From NCBI GenBank assembly GCA_049325595.1, contig JBMOLF010000015.1, positions 64,001 to 128,000 of the forward strand: a stretch of DNA of 64,000 nucleotides, given 5' to 3'. This stretch comes from Candidatus Babelota bacterium. Its GTDB lineage: Bacteria; Babelota; Babeliae; Babelales; Vermiphilaceae. Positions 20,016 through 28,557 of this stretch are shown one piece after another (position 1 is the first letter of the stretch; the number at the start of each line of letters is the position of its first letter). The notes beneath the pieces were generated by a model, which had not been told where the DNA came from, searched no databases, and saw only the letters and a list, made by a program, of their open reading frames with translations. A program made the translations under genes and the position numbers.

Positions 20016-20243
20016 TTATCGAGTAAGCAATAGATAAAGAATTACAGCGATAATAATTGCTAATAAAGAAGCCCGCTCAATGAGCGAGCCTACTGTGCGC
20101 CCTTGATTGGGAGCTTTTGATTGTTTGGTTTTTGAACTGCTTATACGCTTATCAATGGTGGCCAGTATCTGAAAGAACGTAGCCAATCGTTGTTGATCTG
20201 AAAAAGACAATAGTCTTTGTGTTGTTTGCTTTTTTAGAGACAT
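20016..20243 (-). CDS. Small hypothetical protein upstream of the Rep-like gene
   Basis: 75-aa ORF with an amphipathic FFQILATIDKR helix and a hydrophobic C-terminus. Confidence 0.45.
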   Translation of the reverse strand: MSLKKQTTQRLLSFSDQQRLATFFQILATIDKRISSSKTKQSKAPNQGRTVGSLIERASLLAIIIAVILYLLLTR

Positions 20244-20303
20244 AAAAAAATTGTTGATTGTTAGATCAATTTAAAAATAAATAATACTTAAGTGGATTAC
20301 TTA

Positions 20304-21206
20304 GAGCCTATCCGGAAATTAAATTTTTCTAAGAACAATGATCTGGCAAGCAAATTGAAGTAGAGCTAGATGATTGTTTGCTAACTTATCCCATCGTATT
20401 AAAAGTCGCCTGAATCGAGTTATCCAAGAAAAAGTGCGTTCAACGCCCCATCGAAATTTAAGGTTAACTTTTTGAGAAATTTGATTTCTGCGCTTGTTGC
20501 AACTAATTCTGAAAGAGTACCCTCGACTTGCCAAATATTTTCGAATAAAAGATGCATCGAATGCTGCGTCTAGTTCAATGGTTTTGAATGGTAATATTCG
20601 ACTATAAATTTGATTGGCAATTGTTGAAATAAATGTTTTTGAATCATGCGTATTACCAGCAAAAAGATTTATTGCCAACGGAATGCCATTTTTATCAATT
20701 AAAAGAGCTTTTTTTGTTCCTAACTTCCTCCGATCAACTGGACTTAAGCCTGTTTCTTGGCCACCAAGCGGAGCTTTTGCATGACTGCAATCAAAGGATT
20801 GATTTTGCAAATTAAGCCCTATAAATCGATCATATTTTTCAAGAGCATGATGCCATGCTTGTGCAAAAAAATCAGTTTTTACTAGTCTTTGAAAGTGCTC
20901 ATGAATTGTTGATGAAGGACCAAAACATTTTGGTAAAGCGTTCCATTGACAGCCAGTTTTCAATAGATAAAATATGCCTTGTAAAATTGCTAATGGCTCA
21001 CTTTTAGGCCTGCCTTTTTTAATTTTTTGTGGCATAAATTTTAAAAGATGTAATACTTGTTCATCATTCATCAAAAACTTTTTTGATATGCATGTTGCAA
21101 AGCATGTATTCATAAAATCCTCTCTTCTTTTTTTTCATCGGAAATTTAGAGAGGATTTTACTTTTTAATACCTATTTTTTCAAATTATGATTTTCCGGAT
21201 AGGCTC
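20304..21206 (-). mobile_element. IS5-family insertion sequence, 903 bp
   Basis: Perfect 15-bp TIRs GAGCCTATCCGGAAA (20304-20318 and 21192-21206); TTA target duplication (20301-20303 and 21207-21209). Confidence 0.93.
20319..21113 (-). CDS. IS5-family DDE transposase
   Basis: GCQWNALP, D...D...RWGVERTFSWITRFRRL motifs. Confidence 0.92.
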   Translation of the reverse strand: MNTCFATCISKKFLMNDEQVLHLLKFMPQKIKKGRPKSEPLAILQGIFYLLKTGCQWNALPKCFGPSSTIHEHFQRLVKTDFFAQAWHHALEKYDRFIGLNLQNQSFDCSHAKAPLGGQETGLSPVDRRKLGTKKALLIDKNGIPLAINLFAGNTHDSKTFISTIANQIYSRILPFKTIELDAAFDASFIRKYLASRGYSFRISCNKRRNQISQKVNLKFRWGVERTFSWITRFRRLLIRWDKLANNHLALLQFACQIIVLRKI

Positions 21207-21317
21207 TTAATAAGAAAGCTCAAATGAAGAGCTGAATGATTCAGAAATGCATTTGCAATCTAAGAGCCATGATGACGTATGCAAATGCTCGTGCGGCCTA
21301 TAGATGTATGGATTCAT
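21207..21317 (-). CDS. Putative 36-aa micro-ORF MNPYIYRPHEHLHTSSWLLDCKCISESFSSSFELSY (absent from the ORF track)
   Basis: GAGAG RBS-like sequence; the homolog at 25928-25993 keeps MNxY..RxHEHLH with synonymous changes and a 6-nt indel. Confidence 0.45.
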   Translation of the reverse strand: MNPYIYRPHEHLHTSSWLLDCKCISESFSSSFELSY

Positions 21318-21442
21318 GGGATTACTCTCTTGCATAGATTGCTTTTGATGTTACTACTTGATTGGCAAGTATATCTAATTTAATGGTTAACTCAAGCGAA
21401 ATCGAGTGAAAAGCAAAGAAGGCTGTATCTGTTACAGCCTTC
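21234..21442 (-). repeat. Repeat B, copy 1: terminator + promoter + structured leader/micro-ORF
   Basis: Clearly homologous to 25903-26117, with conserved stems. Confidence 0.8.
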
Positions 21443-21462
21443 TTTTTAAACAGCTTAACTAT

Positions 21463-22293
21463 TTAATCTTTTAATTTTTCTAAATATTTTATAGCTTCTT
21501 GATTGCCACTATCTTTGATCCATTCACGGAGTGTTTTACGATCTAGACTCCAGCTAAATTCCAGTGGTTGATTATTAATAAAATTTGAGCCAAATATTTT
21601 TTGTACCGTATCAATAATTAAAGCAAGAATTTGTGTATTGGAGGTATTCTCTACACCTAAATAGATTTTATATTCATCTTCGATTCCTAAGTAGAAAACT
21701 TTGAGGAGCTCATTTCCAATTTTATTAGTGAAGGTAAATCGATTATTGATAAAAAAATTATTAAGGGCACCTAAAATTATGGCACTTACTTCTTCGCTTT
21801 TGCATAAAATTCCTTCATTGGAAGTTGATACATTGAATAATGACAAGTAATTTTTCAAATCTTGTTTTGTTATTGTCTGCTTTTGATTTTTTATGCTATT
21901 TATTAAACTATTAATTTGACCTTTTGCATCCGGAATCTTTGCAAAATGAACTAATGCTTCTTTTAAAATTCTTAAAGTTTTTTGTTGAATGTTGGGATTA
22001 TCATAATTACCAGAAGCCAATGCTGTTAAAGAAAGATCAAATTTTTGATTGAGTATTTTTTTAATAGATTCTTTGTTTTCTTTTATATAGTGAGCGATTG
22101 CTTTATTAACTTGTGCATAGTTACTTAAAAGAGTAAGTGCTTCATCACGAGTGCTTGATGTATTTAATATTTGTTTTATTATTTCTGTAGTTTGTAACTC
22201 ATAAGGCAAATCAGTAAATTTTAGTAGGTTTTTTTCCATAGTGGAAACATCCATGACTATCAATGAGCCTAAGAGTAAATAATATAATTTCAT
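21463..22293 (-). CDS. Secreted protein with an N-terminal F-box-like motif
   Basis: Signal peptide, then MEKN...FTDLPYELQTTEIIKQIL; paralog of 28558-29373. Confidence 0.65.
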   Translation of the reverse strand: MKLYYLLLGSLIVMDVSTMEKNLLKFTDLPYELQTTEIIKQILNTSSTRDEALTLLSNYAQVNKAIAHYIKENKESIKKILNQKFDLSLTALASGNYDNPNIQQKTLRILKEALVHFAKIPDAKGQINSLINSIKNQKQTITKQDLKNYLSLFNVSTSNEGILCKSEEVSAIILGALNNFFINNRFTFTNKIGNELLKVFYLGIEDEYKIYLGVENTSNTQILALIIDTVQKIFGSNFINNQPLEFSWSLDRKTLREWIKDSGNQEAIKYLEKLKD

Positions 22294-22563
22294 ACCAGGT
22301 CCTTCAGAGGTATTTATTTTCTTAGTATATATCCACTAATATACCAAAATAACAATTCAAATTGTAATATTTTTTTGTTTAGATTGCATAGATATAAATA
22401 AACTAACTTATTAAAATGCATCAGAAGTAATTTTTTGTAAAAGAGATTCAAATTTTTTAACTAAATTTTTGTTTTAATCCTAAAACTGAATATGCGGTTG
22501 GGATGCGTTATAAAGTAAATCCAAACTCAATTTTTCCGTTCCTGAACGCGTCTATTAAGTCTA

Positions 22564-22651
22564 GCTAGTCTTCGTTCTCAAGAACTTTGTCTAGCATTCT
22601 TCTACGTTAAAAACTTCGTAGGACAAGAGCCATCAAATTTAAAAGCGATTT
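22564..22651 (+). repeat. 88-bp direct repeat A, copy 2
   Basis: 5 mismatches versus 17113-17200, two of them compensatory (GCCAG/CTGGC to GCTAG/CTAGC). Confidence 0.9.
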
Positions 22652-22949
22652 TGTAGAAATACTGACTTTTTTATTGTTTTCTTTTTAATGCGCATGGAAT
22701 TTTTTGCGTTTACATTTCATAATAAAAAAATTGAATCTATTCTGCAGTAACTAGTTCAGAGGCTCATTCATAGCTTTTCCAAAATAATAATTATATGTAG
22801 CTTAATCCTTAAATAATTTAAGCTACACTAATTTTAAGTGGGAGGTTATGATAGCGATTTAAATTAGAAAAATAGAAATATATAAATAATAATGTACAAA
22901 AGAAGAGCTCTAATATAATTAAATCTTTTTTATCATATATCTGTTTTTA

Positions 22950-23513
22950 TTACTGAAGTGCTATGCGATAGAACAAATATGGAAGTTTATATGATAAGAT
23001 CATTGCAAAATATATTTTTAAGAAAAGACCAAGCATAGAAATATTAAATGGCCAATTTAATGCCCGTATTACTGCTATAAGACATTTTTGAAACCATGTG
23101 TTGGCCAGCTCTTTAGGACTCACTAAATCTTTTTTGCTCGGAAACGCACATATGCCTATAATTATACCCAGGGTGTATAATGCCAAGCTCGCCGTGTAAT
23201 ATATGGATGACGTTGCATAATTAAAATTGTTGCCTAAAGTGTAAATGGTACTTACAACATGTGGAAAGGTTAAAAACATGCAAATTAAAGAATTTACAAA
23301 AAATGGTGCAATACCTATCAATAGATCAATGTAAAATTTTTCATTTTTTTCATGTATTACATAGCCGCTGGCCTCTGAGCTAAAGCTTAAGTAGCGAACT
23401 TTGAGAACTCGGACATTAAAAATATCGCAAAAAAAACGATGTGCGATTTCATGAATTATAATGCCGGGACTGGTTATGATTGTTATTGCATGTGGTGGAA
23501 TCCAAATTATCAT
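22950..23513 (-). CDS. Membrane zinc metalloprotease-like protein (M50-like/DUF3267-like)
   Basis: PGIIIHEIAH HExxH motif, GYV, IAPFF, PSxxD; several TM helices. Confidence 0.65.
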   Translation of the reverse strand: MIIWIPPHAITIITSPGIIIHEIAHRFFCDIFNVRVLKVRYLSFSSEASGYVIHEKNEKFYIDLLIGIAPFFVNSLICMFLTFPHVVSTIYTLGNNFNYATSSIYYTASLALYTLGIIIGICAFPSKKDLVSPKELANTWFQKCLIAVIRALNWPFNISMLGLFLKIYFAMILSYKLPYLFYRIALQ

Positions 23514-23515
23514 AA

Positions 23516-23953
23516 TTACCCTCGAATAAATGATGCTTTGAAATCATCGTGATATTGTTTTGGCAGATATGTTACCAGTTCTTTAATTTGAGCGTCTGTA
23601 TATGTTTTATTGGGTTGGCTGTAGAAGTAGCTCAATGCGTAATCATAAAACTCAGGTTGTGTATCGCTTTGCGCAAAGCAACATTGAATAAGTCGTTTTT
23701 GAGCGTGCTCAAATGAATTATAGTTTTCTACTAGTTTAAGAAATTTTTGTGCTGCCCTTTCGTAATTTTTTTGTGAAAAATGAAGTTCTGCGATTAATAT
23801 TTTTTTGTGTAAATGTTTGAGGTTTTTTAATTCAAACACAAAAAAACGGATAAGTACTGCGATAAAGATAATAATAAGTATTAGACCAAATAGTTTTATA
23901 ACTAATGGGTAGGTATGTTTGGGTAAAAATTGATCATGCATTGCGGTCTCCAA
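23516..23953 (-). CDS. Membrane-anchored protein with a TPR-like helix pair
   Basis: N-terminal TM helix; AELHFSQKNYERAAQKFLKLV. Confidence 0.55.
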   Translation of the reverse strand: METAMHDQFLPKHTYPLVIKLFGLILIIIFIAVLIRFFVFELKNLKHLHKKILIAELHFSQKNYERAAQKFLKLVENYNSFEHAQKRLIQCCFAQSDTQPEFYDYALSYFYSQPNKTYTDAQIKELVTYLPKQYHDDFKASFIRG

Positions 23954-24139
23954 AAAACTGTGGCAATACTAGCAATAAATTACTAGAACGGCAATTTTTT
24001 TCTGAACGTAGTATGCACTGTTAAAATAGAGGGTAGGAATAAATTGCTGAATAATTAACCTATTATTTGTCATTGCTTGATAATGACCATAAACTACAAT
24101 CAGTAAATGTTTAAAATTTAATAGCAAAGTAATTAAACT

Positions 24140-24679
24140 ATGAAAAAACATTTTGTGTGTTTCTTGTACTTAGGATCTATTGTTGCTGGAGAACAAATTG
24201 ATTTGCTCAAGAACTATAATCTGCGAGAGCCATATTATCCATCGTATGTTGATTTAAATCACTATGGGTTTTGTTTACGCGCTGCAAAAGATTTGCCTGC
24301 GGGAACCGTTGTGGCGACGGCAAATTTTGAAGAAAGCAATAATCCTTATATTGCCAATCACTCTGATCCTGAATATAAATATGTTGCATTAGTAGATGTG
24401 AATGCTGAAGGTATTCCAACGTGGGGAAGAATTAGAGGAAAATGGGCATTTTGTAATCATTCCTGTGATCCTAACTGTGATATTAAGCCCGGATGGATTA
24501 TTACCACGAATCGTTTTATACAACAAGGTGATGAACTTACTACTTCTTATGATGCATATATACCAGGTTTTGCATGGCCTGATAATTGGAATTTTTCCTG
24601 TTTATGTCAGACTGCCAACTGCAAGAAATTTATTACTGGGTATCGATTTGATATGATATATCCGCTAGCTCGTCAATAA
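24140..24679 (+). CDS. SET-domain lysine methyltransferase with post-SET cysteines, probably exported
   Basis: GFCLRAAKDL, FCNHSCDPN, ELTTSY, CLCQTANC; signal-like N-terminus. Confidence 0.88.
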   Translation: MKKHFVCFLYLGSIVAGEQIDLLKNYNLREPYYPSYVDLNHYGFCLRAAKDLPAGTVVATANFEESNNPYIANHSDPEYKYVALVDVNAEGIPTWGRIRGKWAFCNHSCDPNCDIKPGWIITTNRFIQQGDELTTSYDAYIPGFAWPDNWNFSCLCQTANCKKFITGYRFDMIYPLARQ

Positions 24680-24700
24680 GATATACAACGGGATGTATCA

Positions 24701-25099
24701 ATGAATAATTCGGTTACAAAAAAAGTAATTGCGGCAGTATTGGTAAAAGATAATACCGTGCTGATAGCCCAGCGCGCAAAGCCAGATGTGAACTATGATA
24801 AATGGGAATTTCCTGGTGGCAAGCTTGAAGACAATGAAACCGAACATGAGTGTTTAAAGCGTGAACTATTTGAAGAGCTTGGTATACATGTTGAAGTCGG
24901 TTCTTACATCTGCTCAAGTTATTTTGAACACAAAAACGCACCCTATGAAATGAGGGCATATTTTGTTACTTCATATTCCGGTGAATTTGTTTTGCATGAG
25001 CATCAAGAAATCAAATGGGTTGCTCATGAAGAACTATCTGAGTACGATATGCCAGAACCGGATAAGCCTATAGTGGAAAAGCTTCTTGAGATTATTTAA
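24701..25099 (+). CDS. MutT-like NUDIX hydrolase, copy 2
   Basis: Nudix box; 3' part identical in DNA to copy 1. Confidence 0.9.
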   Translation: MNNSVTKKVIAAVLVKDNTVLIAQRAKPDVNYDKWEFPGGKLEDNETEHECLKRELFEELGIHVEVGSYICSSYFEHKNAPYEMRAYFVTSYSGEFVLHEHQEIKWVAHEELSEYDMPEPDKPIVEKLLEII

Positions 25100-25101
25100 T
25101 T

Positions 25102-25431
25102 TTATCTACCGCGAGCAAGTGCTGCAGCATAATTAAATTGATAAAAATAATCTTGCCATTCTTGGTCAGTTGATTGGTATTCATTGTCAAATGCAAAATG
25201 ATCAACAAGTAAATACCGGGCGCGGCATAGTTCTTTAAGACGTTTTTTGTTTTTAGGATCAGCGATGGTAAGATCTAATAATTCTAACGCACGTTCAAAA
25301 GCTTGTCGGCTGTATTCAGAGTTTTTATTTTTCCATTCTATAGTACGCTCAATATCCATGCCAACATTGGCAAGTTGTTCAAAAAGGGTAAATTTGAACC
25401 ATCGCTCGTGAGTTAAATCTTTATGTATCAT
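25102..25431 (-). CDS. Helical hypothetical protein, coupled to the upstream gene
   Basis: ATGA overlap with 25428-25808; EQLANVG..IER and ELCRAR motifs. Confidence 0.65.
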   Translation of the reverse strand: MIHKDLTHERWFKFTLFEQLANVGMDIERTIEWKNKNSEYSRQAFERALELLDLTIADPKNKKRLKELCRARYLLVDHFAFDNEYQSTDQEWQDYFYQFNYAAALARGR

Positions 25432-25808
25432 GGTTTTACCAATTTCATTACAATTTTAATAATTTTTTGTTGGATTTGAGGATTTTCAACAGTTCGTGAG
25501 CGATTTCCTTGGCTAGGACGCAAATTAATCATCGAATCAAATTTAATAAATTCTGGTTTTCCCCAATGTTGCGGATACAGATTAATTCCCCAAAGATTTT
25601 CTTGTTTTGAGTCATATTTTTCGAGCAACCAGGTTTCTTGGTCGACATGCATTGGTGCATCAACAATCATTACTTCTTTTTCAACGTCTACTACGGCTTT
25701 GACTAATGCCTCAAACATTTTAGTGGACATTTGTTTAAGTTCTTCAAGAAAAATTTCTTTTTCTACCAGTTTCATAAATCTTCCATTTTTACTAAATTTA
25801 ATAGCCAA
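25428..25808 (-). CDS. DUF5674-like protein
   Basis: KAVVDVEK, MHVDQE, LWGINLYP, SMINLRPSQGNRSR. Confidence 0.7.
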   Translation of the reverse strand: MAIKFSKNGRFMKLVEKEIFLEELKQMSTKMFEALVKAVVDVEKEVMIVDAPMHVDQETWLLEKYDSKQENLWGINLYPQHWGKPEFIKFDSMINLRPSQGNRSRTVENPQIQQKIIKIVMKLVKP

Positions 25809-25902
25809 TACTAAAAAGATTACACGCTAATCTTCAAAGTTCAACTTATATGGCTATAAGTTAATCTTTTCTTGTTTTTTATAGGTATCTTAATTATAAA
25901 AA

Positions 25903-26117
25903 GAATGATTCAGAAATGCATTTGCAATCAGAAAGCCATGCATAAATTATGCAGGTGCTCGTGCTGCCTGATAATGTAGTTGTATAGATTCATGAGTGTA
26001 CTCTTTGTTTTGATTGCTTTTATGTTACTACTTGGTGGGCAAGTATATCTAATTTAATGATTAGTGCAACTGGCTAGGATTGAAAAAATAAAGAAGGCTG
26101 TGTACCTTGCAGCCTTC
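25903..26117 (-). repeat. Repeat B, copy 2, containing the 21-aa micro-ORF MNLYNYIIRQHEHLHNLCMAF (25928-25993)
   Basis: Homologous to 21234-21442. Confidence 0.8.
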
Positions 26118-26127
26118 CTTTATTTGA

Positions 26128-26550
26128 TTATCTATTTAATTTATTGATAGTTTCCAAATATTTAATTGCTTCTTGATTATTGGACTTTCTCACCGTATCG
26201 AGTAGGGTTCCTTCGGAATTATAACCCATTTCTTTATCAATAAATTTCGGACCAAATATTTTTACTGCTGTATTAATAATTAAAGTTATAATCTGTGTCC
26301 AATTTTTATCTTTACCCATTGTGCCAATATGATCTTTCAATAAGTCGACAAACTCGAGCTCAGAAAGTTTGAAATCCACCTTATTATTACTAAAAGCGTT
26401 GTTTATTGTACCTAACACTACGGCAGCAAGCTGAAATTTATTGGGATATCCCGATCCAAGTATTTTTCCTAAATATTCTATATCACCACCTATGCCTAGA
26501 AAAACACTATCACTTCTCTCTTTAGTGTTAATATAAGTTACTAAAATTAA
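26128..26550 (-). pseudogene. Orphan C-terminal half of the 21463/28558 protein family
   Basis: Frame is open to about 26550 with no signal peptide or F-box-like part; shares TQII.LII...IFG..FI and NQEAIKYLE. Confidence 0.6.
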
Positions 26551-26551
26551 G

Positions 26552-27316
26552 TTACTGAATTCCCAGCTGAGCTTTTACCCGTGCATCGATGTCGTTAATA
26601 ATTTGCATGGCTTCTTCTGGGGAAAGTTGTTGATAGAGCTTTTGCTCTAGAAAATCGATTACTATAGGCATTTTTTCACTGTACTCCGCGGTTACATCTT
26701 GATCCATTATCGCTTTTTGAGCTAGAAATAATAATTCCTTAATATTTTTTAAGCTAAAGATATCAGGATTGTATTTACTTAGTAGCTCTAATACAGGAAC
26801 TGAAATTCCATATTCTACCGCATAAGAATCAAGAGTCCATCCATTGAACTGGCGGTACTTTGGATTATATCCTTTATCGAGCCATTGTTTTAGAGAATTT
26901 AAATCTCCGCTTCGAATATATTCCAAGGCAGTGTTAAATTGTTGATCATTAGTAGAAATTACATTAAAGCTTGCATTTGGGTTTACTTTTTTAAGCCACT
27001 CTTCAGCTAATTTAGTGTTAAGGGCTCGTGCGATTGCAGTTTCAGAGCCAGGAAATTTTGTGAGCAATGAGTTTAGAACACCAAAAAGTATTGTTGTGTT
27101 GTTGGTGATTTGATCATAAAGATCTTTATTTACAAAGCGTATATTTTGTAAATTTGTTATAGCATCTGAAATTGATGGTGCATCTACAACATGCTTTAAA
27201 ATTTCTGTTTTGAGTTCGGGTAATAATTGCTCTAATGGAAATGATGTCTGTTCTTTTTCCATACTAACTAATTGTGTGCTTGCTATGGCTAAAGTGAGTA
27301 ATAAAATTTTTTTCAT
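26552..27316 (-). CDS. Secreted F-box-like protein with a degenerate ankyrin-like region
   Basis: Signal peptide-MEKE; LEQLLPELKTEILKHV; GDLNSLKQWLDKGYNP...GWTLDSYAV. Confidence 0.6.
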   Translation of the reverse strand: MKKILLLTLAIASTQLVSMEKEQTSFPLEQLLPELKTEILKHVVDAPSISDAITNLQNIRFVNKDLYDQITNNTTILFGVLNSLLTKFPGSETAIARALNTKLAEEWLKKVNPNASFNVISTNDQQFNTALEYIRSGDLNSLKQWLDKGYNPKYRQFNGWTLDSYAVEYGISVPVLELLSKYNPDIFSLKNIKELLFLAQKAIMDQDVTAEYSEKMPIVIDFLEQKLYQQLSPEEAMQIINDIDARVKAQLGIQ

Positions 27317-27507
27317 GTTATCTCCTATTATACGTCTTGTTTCAAATTAAATATTCTATTATGAATTATAGCAGAGTGAAGTAGCTAATATAAAGAAAAT
27401 ACGTTAAAAGACGTAAAAAAATAAGATTTTTTGTTTTTTATTCATTGTAAATTGCTTAAATACTTATTAAGCCAAGTTTTTGATTATCTTAAAGAAAGAT
27501 TGGGAGT

Positions 27508-28397
27508 CTATCGTTGAGTTGGAATAAAAATGTATTTCAAGAGAAAGTAATGATGATTTCCCACAGCGCAGAAATTTTTATTGATCAATAATAAGCAATT
27601 AAGTTCCGGGGTTGCGTAAGACCTTTTTTTGCTGGATTGAAATATTGATTTATTTTCCACAAGTTCATCTTTGTTAATTTTTAATTCTCCCAGATGATAC
27701 CATGGCCAATCGAAGTAAAAACTGATGTGATCGTTGCTAAAAGTAAAGGAGGTAAAATTTTCTTCTTTAGGCTGAGTTTGCCAATCATTTTCCCAGAATC
27801 CAATGCCCATATCTTGTTCTTCATCAACAAGATGAGCTCTGCAAACTTTACTAATTTTTTCAAGATAGCAGTAATCACTCTCAAATAAATCTTTAAGATC
27901 AATTTTTTTCTTTTTCTTTATATCATAATTAAATGTGTAGTGGGCAAAAAATGGCTGAGCATTCCCATGGCAATAACCTGAATGATGAAATGCGATGCTA
28001 ATATATGAATCATTTATTTGGGCGATGTGGTATGTGCATTCAAAAGATGAAGCACCATTTTCTTTGATGCGGGCCATTTCTTGCGAGTCATCAAAGTCGC
28101 CATTTGCAAGACAATCATTGTAATGTTGTAAAGCTAATTCATTGGCTTTGTTATATTCATTAGTAATCAAATTTTCAATCCAACTATTTACTTCTTCGGG
28201 AGCATTTTCAAAATAAGGTATGTGTAATTTAAGTTAATATGAATATCTTTTTTTGTTATTTGTTTCTCAATAACCCTAATCAGAGTAGATTGGCCCAAAG
28301 AGTTATTTATAATACCAGATGATTTTTTTGCATATAATATAAAACAGGTAATTAAAATTATACAAATGCTCAGTAGGCCTAATGTTTTTTTAATCAC
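27508..28397 (-). pseudogene. Frameshifted RsiV/DUF3298-like exported protein (ORFs 28188-28397 + 27508-28170)
   Basis: Adding one C near 28217 gives a continuous YTYPYFENAPEEVNSWIENL...; TFNYDI...IDLKDLF motif. Confidence 0.6.
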
Positions 28398-28557
28398 TGA
28401 TTTTCCTTATTAAAGTTATTTTTAAAATATTAGTAAATCTCGCATATGCTTCATTTAAGGTTTTACTAAAATATCAAGCAGATAGGATTATTAAAAGTGA
28501 TTATAAAAGTAAAAAGATGCGAATCAAGTTTAGTTTTTGAATCTTCTTAGGAATTTT

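Noticed and set aside
17863..22293. Filamentous prophage (inovirus) call for the Rep region
   Set aside because: No Zot/pI-like ATPase, coat-protein cluster or recognisable dif-like site was seen.
22480..22567. Possible degenerate second tRNA before repeat A copy 2
   Set aside because: No T-loop GTTCRA or acceptor-stem pairing; similarity is limited to the last few bases.
22796..22862. 10-bp inverted repeat tgtagcttaa/ttaagctaca followed by GGAGG-ATG
   Set aside because: The ORF stops after four codons; probably a decayed gene start, with no function supportable.
17298..24959. Two similar antisense ORFs (17298-17531 and 24714-24959)
   Set aside because: Their similarity simply reflects the duplicated NUDIX DNA.
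17113..26117. Repeats A and B as a CRISPR array
   Set aside because: Only two copies each, kilobases apart, with no repeat-spacer periodicity and no cas genes.
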